Positions 1-10,939 of a DNA stretch of 25,142 nt are shown piece by piece. The notes beneath the pieces are model-generated. The model had not been told where the DNA came from and ran no database searches. It saw only the letters and a program-made list of their open reading frames with translations. A program made the translations under genes and the position numbers. Source of the DNA: Catajapyx aquilonaris (lineage: Eukaryota); assembly GCA_000934665.2 (NCBI GenBank), contig KZ538176.1, positions 248,001-273,142 of the forward strand. The letters run 5' to 3'. Every line of letters starts with the position of its first letter. Position 1 is the stretch's first letter.

Positions 1-1803
1 TGTCCTCGATTTTGGGAATATCCGGAGCCATATATCAGGTTTGTGACAACACAATGTATAGTTAGCCAGTGTTACTATGGCCTGTATTTTTCTAGGTACT
101 CCCCAGGCAGAAACCGATGTTATCAAGCCGTCAAAGGACTTCTTACATCATAACTAGAGGAAGGCAGCTGATTGTTTGGCTGGCTGTGGCTGACTTATTT
201 GCTTCTGTGATGGTACTGGTGAGGGCTATTTCATGGATGCAACACAGTGGGTTTATGTCTGAAGAGAATTCATATGGACGAATCAACTGCGCAGTGCTGT
301 CCGTGAGTTTTAATTTGCATATCTTCAACATGTGACATATTGACAATATTATTGATGTTACAGGGATTGATTCAGTATTTTTACACTGCCACCTGGATGT
401 GGACCTTGTGTTACGCAATAGATGTCCAGTTGATTCTGGCGGATAAGTCGGGGCAGCCCTTGGTGTATCACACTATATCCTGGGGACTTCCTGCTCTTTT
501 ATGCCTCTCAGGGCTTGGGGTGCTCTACTTGCCGGATTTCAAGTGAGTCGGATTCTTGTACAACCCAATGTACCAGTGGGTTGTTGACAAGGAACTTTTG
601 ATATGGTTTATCTAACCTCTGTGGGGAAAAAAAGGTCGCTTGACCCACATTTAAATCCCTGCATTTGTATATCACAGGTTCAGTTCTAGATTGGTCTGTC
701 TATTTCCAGCTGCAGTCATCTGGGAAAAGATGCTGTTGCCAGACTTCTGCCAAACTATGTCCTCACGTTTGCACCAATCATGATGGTTATGTTGGTCAAC
801 CCCATTCTGTACAGTTCAACATCCAGAAAGGTGACGACCAGTTTTTACATGAGAATATTGCAGTATGTGAGTAATGTGACCCATTCATCTAAAGTAGTGC
901 ATATCCCTGATATTTTTTGTTGTTAACCTCAATCTGTAAACTGCAATGCAAAGATAGCCTACAAGGACCTTCCGTGAAGCATATCGTACCAATCCTCCTG
1001 GTGGAGGGTTGTTGATAAAGAGTTTGTTGATGAACTGAAATAGTTCCTGAAATTTGCTTGGCATCGCATGACCCAGATAAAGGTTGTATTACTCGGATTC
1101 CTCATGGCTTGCTTGGTAGTTGGTATCATTTCCCCAATAAGCCAATGCCAGAGTATCATGAAGGACTATATACCAAATTCTGGTATTTTCTACTTGTCAG
1201 GCACTTTTCAATGTTCACGCAGTAAATTTTAAAGCATGAAGAAGGGTCACATTACACGAATCGGTTCCTGATTATTTCACTTCTATGCATTTTGTTACAT
1301 GAATACAGTCAACATAACTTCCACAGGTAGAAAACCACCTCATGCATCGAGTATCCCGGTACACCCACCAAGAGCATGAGTTGGTGTGGGCCTTGCAGCT
1401 CAAGTTCCTCTGCATCAACATCACCTACTATGTCTGCTGGCTACCCAACATCATCAGTGGCATAGTTCTTTGGACCATGTGGAACACTGGGATCCCAGAC
1501 ACTTTTGTTCTGGCCTTGTGGTACTTGATGGCTGTATTCAACCCTCTCCAGGCCCTCCTGAACTGCCTTGTGTACCAGCAGTGGGGACAAGGAGCCCCTA
1601 AAGTGGCCCTTCCTTGGCCGTGCCCCACTTTGTTCAGTTGCTGCTGCAGGAGGAGTGTAGAAGTCCTCAATGTTTCAGGAGTCCACAATGAACCTTCCGC
1701 TGATGACAGTGTTAATGAGAACTCACCCTTGCTGCAGAGTGGACAGATGAATTTTTGTCAGGGACGGCACAGTATTAATGGAATCCAGAGGTACTCATCT
1801 TGA
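1..1803 (+). CDS. GPR143: G-protein coupled receptor 143 (ocular albinism 1, OA1)-like; 5'-truncated by window edge
   Basis: Exons <1-38, 96-302, 364-542, 710-830, 1327-1803 join in frame across GT-AG introns. Motifs: SSILGISGAIYQ|VLPR, IVWLAVADLFAS, IQYFYTATWMWTLCYAID, YHTISWGLPALL, PNYVLTFAPIMMVMLVNPILY, RYTHQE..LKFL.I..YYVCWLPNII, LWYLMAVFNPLQALLNCLVY. These match the OA1/GPR143 transmembrane helices. Stop TGA at 1801-1803. Confidence 0.92.
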
Positions 1804-2181
1804 CTTTGCAAACTCACTACATTCTTGAGTATTCTGTATTCCAGAGGAAACGCTTTGAGCTAAGCGCTGCTCAGAATTTTAAGGCCAGTAAGCAACGAGG
1901 TACAGTTTAATCATAGGATACATTAGGAAAAAGATGAGCCAGTCGTTGTGGTCAGGGTATTTAAAGAGAAAGTACTAATTACATAATTATAAACAAGAGA
2001 TGCCCAGTGAGACAGCTCTGACATTAACTGTGTAATGCATAATTTAGGTGTTATTAATAATATTACGGTATTACAGTATATTCTCTGCATGAATCTACTT
2101 TTTAAAGCATTTTGTAACAGCCCTTTTTATACTCTGGAATCATTCCCAAAAACAAACTTTTACATTTTTCAATATAAATAT

Positions 2182-2190
2182 TTTATTAAA
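2182..2190. terminator. Overlapping candidate polyadenylation signals (AATAAA on minus, ATTAAA on plus) between the convergent GPR143 and AKAP10 3' ends
   Basis: TTTATTAAA: TTTATT at 2182-2187 and ATTAAA at 2185-2190. Further signals are TTTATT at 2226-2231 and AATAAA at 2291-2296 and 2355-2360. Confidence 0.4.
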
Positions 2191-3230
2191 TAGATACTAT
2201 AATATACATAACATCATGTCCTGTTTTTATTCCACCCAAGAAGTGTAACATAAAATATGCACACCTGTTTCTACATCAGGTGCAAACAATAATAAACAGT
2301 TTGAAATGTGACCCTTTGTTAAATGATGTAAAGAAAAATAATTCAAGTACCAAGAATAAAAAGAAATAGAAGTGGCCTCTAGGGTCATTGCCTCCAACGA
2401 TACAGCAATTTATCTCAACTAGATAATTTCCGGTGCGCTCTGGTGGTGTTAGTTGAGATCACTTGCATATCCTTGTGGAGCAATGGCCCCCTATTCTCAC
2501 AACTCACGGGTAACTGATTTCTCTTTGTTTTATGCTCTTTTGACTTTCTAACAACAATACTGTTTGGCACAGTAATGTACTGTATTCTTCATGGGAGTCA
2601 GTACCCAAGAACACATTCTCCAGGGGGCAACCTTACTAAGGTCAATCAGACAGGTTGGATTACAAAAATAAAGTTACTGCACTTATCATTTATTCTGGAC
2701 ATTTCCAGAGATCTGCTTAAAAAGTGCTGCAATTTACATCACAATCAACTTTGGAATGCCCAATACCAGAAAGCATAGTAATAGTGCATGATTTTCTGTA
2801 ACATAAGCAGCATATATTCATTTAAAAAAGTAATTGTTCCATTTATGCAAGGAGTTAAACACAATTAACTTGAATAGTCAAGAAATTGTCAATTCATTTG
2901 CATTCCTCTTCTAACTGAGCAACTAAAGTCTACAGAACACGCACAGCGTGTTAATAATCCACAAGATGCGGGTGAGGAAGGTATTATTATAACTGCAATT
3001 TTATGTACACCACACCATTCTGATACCATTTTCTAATATCTTATTACTAAGCTTTATCACTGAGGGGTCGCCGTTCACTTTACATAGTGCCGCTTCATTC
3101 CACAATATTATGCAGGTACAGTTACTTTTCTTTTGTTTCAGATCTCTTTTGTTTAAATGGAGGGAGACATCTGAGCAGTTAAGGAAGTATTTTTTAAAAG
3201 GGATGAAACAGGGATCCGGAATGACTTCTT

Positions 3231-6200
3231 TCAGGATTCCTTGGAAGGCTGCTGGCTGCCTGAATCGAGACCCAACGTCACACTAGTGATGTCCTTGACA
3301 ATCATTTCAGCGATCTGCCAGGCCATCTCCTCTTTGGTCTGAAGTTTAAATTTATTGTTAGAAACAAACCAACAAGAAGTCCATAAGAAGTGGGATGAAC
3401 TCTTACAAAGGTCCTGCATTACAGTTCACTCCACTGAAAAATCTCGTCAAATTGAACCAGATTTGTTTCATACTCGCACAAATTGTAACAAATATTTTAC
3501 ACTACATCCAAAGGTCCTTTCTCCAATGAAGTTTCATTCTTAAAAGTGAGTGCATGTAATTTTGGAGCCAGTATTCTAGTCAAGGACATTTCATATCTAT
3601 TTATTCACTTACTAATTTATTAATACTTGTCAAGGAATGCCACTTCTGAAGGATTTTTTTGTCTCTAGAGCTCATTTTTTTTTTTTTCAAAATTAATTTT
3701 ACTATTGAGACCAAGGTCCTTGGATGCCTGGGAAGCATCCGCACATGCTTCTCAGATTTGGAGTGAATTCATTCATTTCTGATTAACACGCTATGTATCC
3801 TGACTTTGGAGTCACCATGTATTAGGCATCTGGCAAGATAGTGTAATTGAAATTACTATACCCTGCAATATTTGTTATTAACATGTTATGCTGGAGAAAT
3901 ACACTACATTTTCATATTTAAAATCATTACTCACTGATTCATAACCTTTGCAAAAGCAATCCCTATGTGATTTATAAACCTGCACCACTAACCTTGCTTT
4001 CCTCTAAGTTGACTAACCTCTTCACAGCTTTGGACAAACGGGATTCTACAGAGACAGAAATAAAAATTAAAAATAACAAATGTCATCGCATTTCCGTTCA
4101 GAATAAAAGTAGGGTCGAGCACTTACCTCCTTTTCTATCTGGCTCTGGCTCAATCTCAGTTTCAAATTTACCCAGATCATTTATTCTTCCTATACTCAAC
4201 TTGCTGCAAACAAATATTGAGGCTATTTACTTCAAGGTACCTCAGTTAATATGATGCAGATATGCACAGGTCATAAGACTTAACTTACAATTCGGTCAAA
4301 ACAATAACAGCAATAAATGTTGATTCCTGACCTCATATGCCTCCTCCTCCAGAGCGAATCAGGATCATACAATTGTCTTGAGTCGATGGTCATTGAACGG
4401 TTGTCTACATTCTTGACCAGTCGAGAAGCTCCCCCTCCTGCTACACCAGCTGTTGCTCCCACACCAATGCCTCCCCCATCCATGGCCAAGAGTGTGTTCT
4501 GTACAGAAATGCTCTGCTCACTACTGCAAGTGCTGTCTGAACCTGTTTGGAAGTGAGACCACTGAAGTTAAATTATGATGCAGTGTTACACTTCTTATAA
4601 AACCCAAAAATCACAATCATGTAACAATCATAAACAAGTACTTTAGTGGGGGCTTAATGTCGGCCTATTTCTGTCGCTAGGCTCAACACCGACGCCAGGG
4701 GGTGGTCCTCCTCCTGGAAATTTGGCCACTCTGGGGATCTTTAACGTGCACTCGCGCAATGTCACAAGCACACGGGACCGACGCCTTACTTCCCCTCCGA
4801 AGGAAGGCGCACTCTCACTTTTCTACCACCCGGAGAAAAGTCACCGACCTCGGCCGGGTTCGAACCCACAACCTTGGGACCAGAGGCGAGCGCGCTAACC
4901 ACTAGTCCACCAAGGCTGGCATGAACAAGTACTGCAGCTCCGTTTTGAAAAAATGTCTGGCTAAGGACAATGGGGGTCATGAGTACTGAATAACCTTACA
5001 TATTGACATTATTGAGACAATTACATTATTGTTCCACTACAAAAATTACTGTAATATGTACTACTGGCAAAGTAATATTGCGGACACTCTGCTAAAAGAA
5101 AAGTACGTGAAAGTGTCCAGAATAATACGGTGCTGATAGTAAATTGCATATTAGTACACCTTGAAATATTAATTTCTTTACAATATTTTAAGCGCCTGCT
5201 ATGATGCAAAAATCTGGTATGAAAGGCTTTTATTAATCATAGCTTTGAAATGCTTAGCTTATCATCTACTATTTATAGTAAGAGATGTAAGTGCAATGAC
5301 CTGATCTCTTCTTCCTTCCCATGGGTCCCGGACTACTCTGCACTGTGTTCATAAGCTCTGAAAGGTAGTTGAGGTAGAGCTGTGACTCTAAAAATGGGGG
5401 CAGAAAGGTCTTCTCTAACACAGAGAAGACTGTCCGAAGTGGAAGGTCCAAACAGCCTGGAAGCGGTCCCCCTTCTCTGCAGATTCTGTGCTCTACTTCC
5501 AGCCGAACCTTATCACCAAATCCCAGGGGGCTTGATGCTTGCATTGAAAAATACCTATTGCAACGGTTCAAAAGTAGATGCCGTATCACCTGTTATGTTA
5601 TCTAATCTAGTGTAAATATGCTTTTCCTTACCTGTCGTAAAGGACCATGGCATCATTCTGTGCCTCCGTGCCATCATATACCCCCTTCTTGGCTAAATAG
5701 TGCTGGCGGAAGTTGTCAGCAGCAAGCCAGAACTCAACCAGACTGCTCTGACCTTCCTGTTCCATGAACTGAAAGGACAGGGACTACATTAATACAATGA
5801 ATCCTGTCTGCATCAGACCCTGAAGACAACAAAGGCTTGCTCAATTACAGATTACAAGTTTGGCATTGGCAAAAAAATTTTAAATGAATTTCTGATGTAT
5901 GTAATGAACTGAGTGTGTAATCAGTATGGAGCATTTTCAAAGATTATATCAATTGTGCTTTAGGGAAGTTTCGCTGCATTATCACACGAGACTTTTGCAG
6001 GAAGGACCCACCTCCATAAAGTAAAACAGAGCCGCTTCGTTATACACCACATCAGTGAGGAAGACATGTCCACTGGTCAGCACATCAATCTGATGCTTAC
6101 AGTGGAATTCACTGCGTAGAAAGTAGGGGAAATATCTGAAATGATCGTTGCATATCTCTCATTAACAAAATGAAATGCATGAAATTCCTTTCTCCTAAAA

Positions 6201-9200
6201 TCAACTTCTCACACTAACTCTTAATACTAACTCATCACACATCAGGCCCTGCTATGGGCTCATGGTTTAAATGGACTTGCACACACTGAAATTCCTCCAA
6301 AGTTAATAGCCATACCATGAGCCAGACTGAGATAATTCCAAGCATAACTCACATAGTAACACATGATATAAAACAATAACAACAAATAATACATCAAAGA
6401 GGTCTGTGGCCCACAGGGCAACTCATCTTTAAACCTGTGACATCATCTGATTTCTGATGGATTTTACGAGTGGCTGGAAATGATAAGAGCGCTCTACGCA
6501 AGAATATCCATACAAACATGAATAATGAAGACTCCACTGAACCTTTTCACATAAGAAATGTAACACATGCCCAAGAGAAACGTATGGCACAAACAACACC
6601 ATCTTGATCCCCTGCAAAATATTGTACATATTATGTTTTGACCTACATATGCCTGCGACAAGTTACATATCAACTTCTTTAGTTGCTGTGTCATGAAGCT
6701 ACTAAAATGTTGCTTGCAATTACTTGCTTTCCAAGGATATAATTTCATTGTGTCTGGTACATCCCCTTTAGTAACATCCATATTTCATATAAGTATAGTT
6801 ACTGGAATGCAGATTCTGCTACAACTTTTTAAATTTTTTGGAGGTACTTGCAACTGCAGAAAATGGGTGGAATTAGCAGTGGCAGGCTACCAAAGAATTA
6901 GGGAATCATATAAAAACTTAAAATCAGGACTAAAAATGACATTTGGCATGACTTTGACACACAAGAATTGGTACAAAAATTACATTCCTAAAAACAATTG
7001 GCATCACCAAGCAGGATTATCTCTATTTCATGATCTCACTGTTTTGTTAATTTAGTAAAAATTATTAACATTTTAAATGAAGACATACCGGTACAGTACC
7101 CTGCATTAATGGCCATGCACAGACATCGCCACCTGTCCAAGAACGAGCGGAATTAGGCGCCGGTGGACTGCGTCCAAAATACTTGGACAGCTCAAGATAT
7201 CGCGGTTGATTCAAACGCTTGCTACAAAGATGGATCACAGCGGATCACAGCTGTATCTGTGGGATGAATATTATAAGGCCATTGCGATTCCTATCAATGT
7301 ATTGAGGTTGTGAACCAGTTATTACACGTACCACGTGAATGCCTGTTAATCCACCGCGATGTCTTGAGCAGCCTTGAGAGGACTCTTGAGAAGCCTTGAG
7401 CTGTCCCAAGTATTTTGGACGCAACCAACTTAATCTACTTCCGCTCGTTCCCCCCAGATGGCGGTGTCTGTGCATGGCCATTAATGCAGGGTACTGCACA
7501 TCCAAAATAATTATCACATAAAACAGGCAAGAAACAAGGTCGCAGGGTAGAAAAACAGCAATGATTGCAGGTTGCTCCTGATACCAGTGAAATATCACAA
7601 GTGTGTGTGGTTGCCTATCTAGCCAGGTTTGGGAAGGTTTTTCCTGTCCCACTGTTTGGTTTCAAGAAAGATAACAATGTGACCAAGACTTTATTTCCCA
7701 TAGGAAGGTTGCAACCAACATGTTTCAAATATACTGTTTCTGCTAGTTAAACACATGGCTTTTTTTTCTCTCTCTTCAAGGTCAGCTTGGGTTTTAGAGG
7801 TATCTGAATTACGCGCGATTATTATTTTATGCACATGCAAAATGAAAATCCGTAAATTCTGCATGACACTAGAGCGCAAAATATATTCAACAATTTTGAA
7901 TTAAATGTACCACACCGCATTGCAGACAAAAAGACTAACGAAGACAACTTTGAATGCAAGTGAAATTGAAAATCAACACAATATTTTTGTCCACTCTAGT
8001 ACAAACTTAGCTGGGCCATCTGCCAACATGCATACCATTTCACGAATTACGAGGCACACCCATTCCTTGGACGGCATCCACATTTGCATTGAGGTCATTA
8101 ATTTTTAATGTAACAAGTAAACAATCATCCCACAAAACTCCAATCAAAAATCATATAAAATTACAAATGATTATTAAGTATGGCAAGTAATTGTAACAGT
8201 AGGTATTTCTTTGCATCCAGGTTAAATCCTAATATTCACACTTTGCAGGTACGTTGCAAGTGCAATAATTAATTGCATATTGAAAATTCCCAACAATTTT
8301 AATGCTGGTTGCATATTCAAAAGGTGAATCTACAAAATTCATCAATGCAAACACTTTTTCTGGCAATAAAAACATTTCTTGTAAAAAACCAACTCTAATT
8401 AGAATGATCGCTGAGAACTTTATATTAGGCTGTAATTTTTCTTTTTCCTTGGGATTCCATGCAATTTCCAAAGGAACTACTTAACTTGTTCACTATATTT
8501 ACGATTTGATAAAATACAATTTGGAAATTGGTATGTCTGAAATTGACATTTTTCTCATGAGGTTTACAAAAGATTAAGGCTGAACGCAGGATAAGAAGTA
8601 GGATAAATAATAATTCAAGGAGGTAAACAAAATAAGGCAGAGCCTAAAATTTAAATCATTGCCTGATACTGGAATACAGGTGGGTCAGGACTTTGAATCT
8701 CCTTCCCTCACCTGCTGGAATTTTGTAGTAGTGAAGTACACTACCACAAACTGTGGCTACAAAACTGATGACTAAAATCATCAGATATTCATTAATTTTC
8801 GTAATAAAATTTGCACTTGATTAAATTCAAGTTTTACCAAAGATGAAACTGAACCGCTCCATCACACTTACTCTTTCTCCATGAGCCTATAGGTGGCGTC
8901 CTGCGCCTCTAAAAAGCAGTCTGGATCCACTCCACTGTCTTTTAATTCCATATATTTGCTCCTCACTGACTCCATCACCTGTTCTGCTAGGCCCAGCACT
9001 GGCTGGGAAGCAGACTCAGACAAAAATCGTTGGAAGATGCGCTCAGCGTCCTTCTCAACACCTGCTTCTTCTGATTCACTAGCACCACCACTCCCCCCTA
9101 CACTGGCTGCACTGGGCACTTGGGTGGCTGACGAGCGAAAGCTCTCTGCCTCCAGCCAGAAACGGATTACTGGAGCTGCGTCCTGCGCGTCCATAAACTG

Positions 9201-10355
9201 GATGAAGTAGCCGAGAGCACCTTTGTCATGTAAAACCTCCTGCAGTGTCTTGGACAGGCGGGAGCACTGCGTCCAGGTTGGTGTATAAGCCTCAGGTGAT
9301 AGCACCTTGTCCTCTGTAGCGATGGAAACACACATGAGTTTTTGAAACACACAATTAAGTGTTGTCACACTTACCCAGTTTGTCAATTTCCTGCTGCAGC
9401 AAGTGGTAAACTTTAGTTGGCCGGTGTCCAGGAGGTGTGGCCCAATCTGGCTGGTCCATGGAATCGTCTGGAATGCTGCCATTTTGGATTTGTCGCCTGG
9501 GAGACTTGGGAGATCCAGACCGGCTTGATTGGGAATCTTCAGATTTCTTTTTCCCTGCCACAAAGATACAGGTTAACTCCCGGATCAAAAAAAGGACTGA
9601 TATAAAATAGTGCATATCACAGATCCTGAATAGAGCATAAACCTATCCATCACAGGGTATATCTGTATGTCATACAAAACACTGACCTGCTCATTATCTT
9701 TACGGAATTTAATTTGGAATGGCCTGATTCCACTATATAAGCAGGTTAGTTGTAATTTCACTTCTGTGTTCAATTTATTGTATGCCAATATTGGCAATCA
9801 CTTACTCATATTCAGGGATACAGTGGGGGCTTTCTATCATTAGATCGCAGTAGTTGTTCTGGTGCTGCCGAAACCATTTCAACCAATGGCAATGAAGGTT
9901 TCAATAAATAGCCACGGTCATGGCCAAATGGCCCTTGCGATCTTGAACTAGGCAGCCCATAACATAGTAAAATTATTATCAATGGTCTGAAGGTCAAGAC
10001 ATTTAAAAGTCCACTTATCTACCCCTCCATTGACTGACAGCACTTCCAGTCAGCATCCATTGACACCCCAAGTCCCCTCGAGCATCAAGGGCAGCCCAGT
10101 AAACACGCCTGGCCCATATTTTCAACCATGATCAATGAACCATATCAGTGCTGTCTACTCCCCCTCTCCCGACTAATTAGGCCGATAACTTATCCCGATG
10201 GGGCCCAGTCATGCGTCCCTCCCCACCTGGATGCAACACCCCTACACAAAAAACAGCGCAACTAGGTCACGTAAGGTCAAGGCACCTGATGAAGCAGGTA
10301 ACACACAAAAAACGATCAAAAATTCACCAATTCCTAGTTTCCAAAACTGCGGCAT
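3231..10355 (-). CDS. AKAP10: A-kinase anchor protein 10 (D-AKAP2 / pkaap orthologue), two RGS domains plus C-terminal PKA-R binding helix, 537 aa
   Basis: Exons (minus strand) 10355-10328, 9554-9375, 9313-8872, 6135-6012, 5768-5632, 5554-5301, 4542-4332, 4203-4127, 4045-3993, 3338-3231. All introns are GT-AG, phases are consistent, total 1614 nt. Motifs: MPQFWK start; SRLSKTLQEVLHDKGALGYFIQFM..IRFWLEAESF (RGS1); FLRSEFHCKHQIDVLTSG..ALFYFMEFMEQE..FWLAADNF..AQNDAMVLYDRYFSMQA..LGFGDKVRLEVE..ICREGGPLP (RGS2); DPDSLWRR; GRINDLGKFETEIEPEPD; EEMAWQIAEMIVKDI (PKA anchoring helix). Confidence 0.95.
4643..4920 (-). mobile_element. tRNA-derived SINE (~280 bp) in AKAP10 intron 6
   Basis: Minus-strand head GCCAGCCTTGGTGGACTAGTGGTTAGCGCG (A box) ... 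GGTTCGAACCC (B box). The central CCTTCCTTCGGAGGGGAAGTAAGGCGTCGGTCCC..GCACGTTAAAGATCCC resembles Deu/Nin-type SINE domains. Flanking direct repeats ATAAACAAGTACT (4630-4642) and ATGAACAAGTACT (4921-4933) form a 13-bp TSD with one mismatch. Confidence 0.88.
7094..7496. mobile_element. Non-autonomous Tc1/mariner-pogo-type MITE with long inverted arms (AKAP10 intron 3)
   Basis: Perfect terminal inverted repeat CAGTACCCTGCATTAATGGCCATGCACAGACA at 7094, with its reverse complement ending at 7496. Imperfect symmetry continues ~120 bp inward. Flanked by TA on the left and CA on the right (decayed TA TSD). Confidence 0.85.
9827..9958. mobile_element. Possible degraded short MITE in AKAP10 intron 1
   Basis: GGGCTTTCTATCATTAGATCGC (9827-9848) versus the reverse complement of GCGATCTTGAACTAGGCAGCCC (9937-9958): about 15/22 match. 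No clear TSD. Confidence 0.3.
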
Positions 10356-10939
10356 CTTCCTTCCGTGGACCCCTTCAGCGGTCCCATCACGGGCTGCCCG
10401 CGGCTTCCGTCCGGCCAACAGTGCGGGAGGCTTCGGTGGAGGCGAGGCGCATCGTCCGTCCGTCCGTCTGGAGGAACCAGCCTTGTTTACTCACACCCGC
10501 ACTACTGCGACCTCCAACCCTCTGGGCGCAGACATCTTGGATTCACGGGAGGGGATGCTGCTCCAGCTAATGGGAGCGCACGTCCACGCTCATTGGCTTC
10601 TAGCCCAATGGGCAGCCAATGGGGTGGAAGTCCAGCTCAGCGGCTGGGCAGTGTAAATCCGGGCACTCGCGGACGGAAAGGTCACATACGGTATGACCTA
10701 CACCAAAGATCAACACGGGTCAACACCACAGAAATGACTGCACGAATCCCCAACATTTGCGTGTGTCCCTGTACGCACTATTAATATCACGCAAATTGAT
10801 GTAAAATGTGCGCTTCAGTTCGGCAGGCAGTTTGGCAACGTGGCCCGCGTTGCATTGTGGTCCTCCCCCCACCTCCCACCCACCCACCCACCCGGCCGTG
10901 ACGTCACGAATAGACGCCGAGGAGAAGAAGCGAGAGAAG
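10356..10939. promoter_or_regulatory. Bidirectional promoter / 5' UTRs shared by AKAP10 and the FET gene
   Basis: The two ATGs are 585 bp apart, head to head, in GC/CpG-rich DNA. CCAAT/ATTGG motifs at ~10592-10620, GGTCACA (Ohler motif-1-like) at ~10680, TCAGTT initiator at 10815-10820, and palindrome CGTGACGTCACG (CRE) at 10897-10908. Confidence 0.7.

Noticed and set aside
2412..2459. ATCTCAACTA / TAGTTGAGAT inverted repeat as a pre-miRNA
   Set aside because: Only 10 bp of firm pairing; the rest needs many bulges and G-U pairs.
4850..4920. tRNA-like sequence
   Set aside because: It is the SINE head: it runs into a SINE body bounded by a TSD and lacks a proper acceptor stem.
8720..8785. Two small hairpins and CTGATGA (hammerhead-like core)
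   Set aside because: No GAAA partner or three-stem arrangement; short stems in AT-rich DNA.
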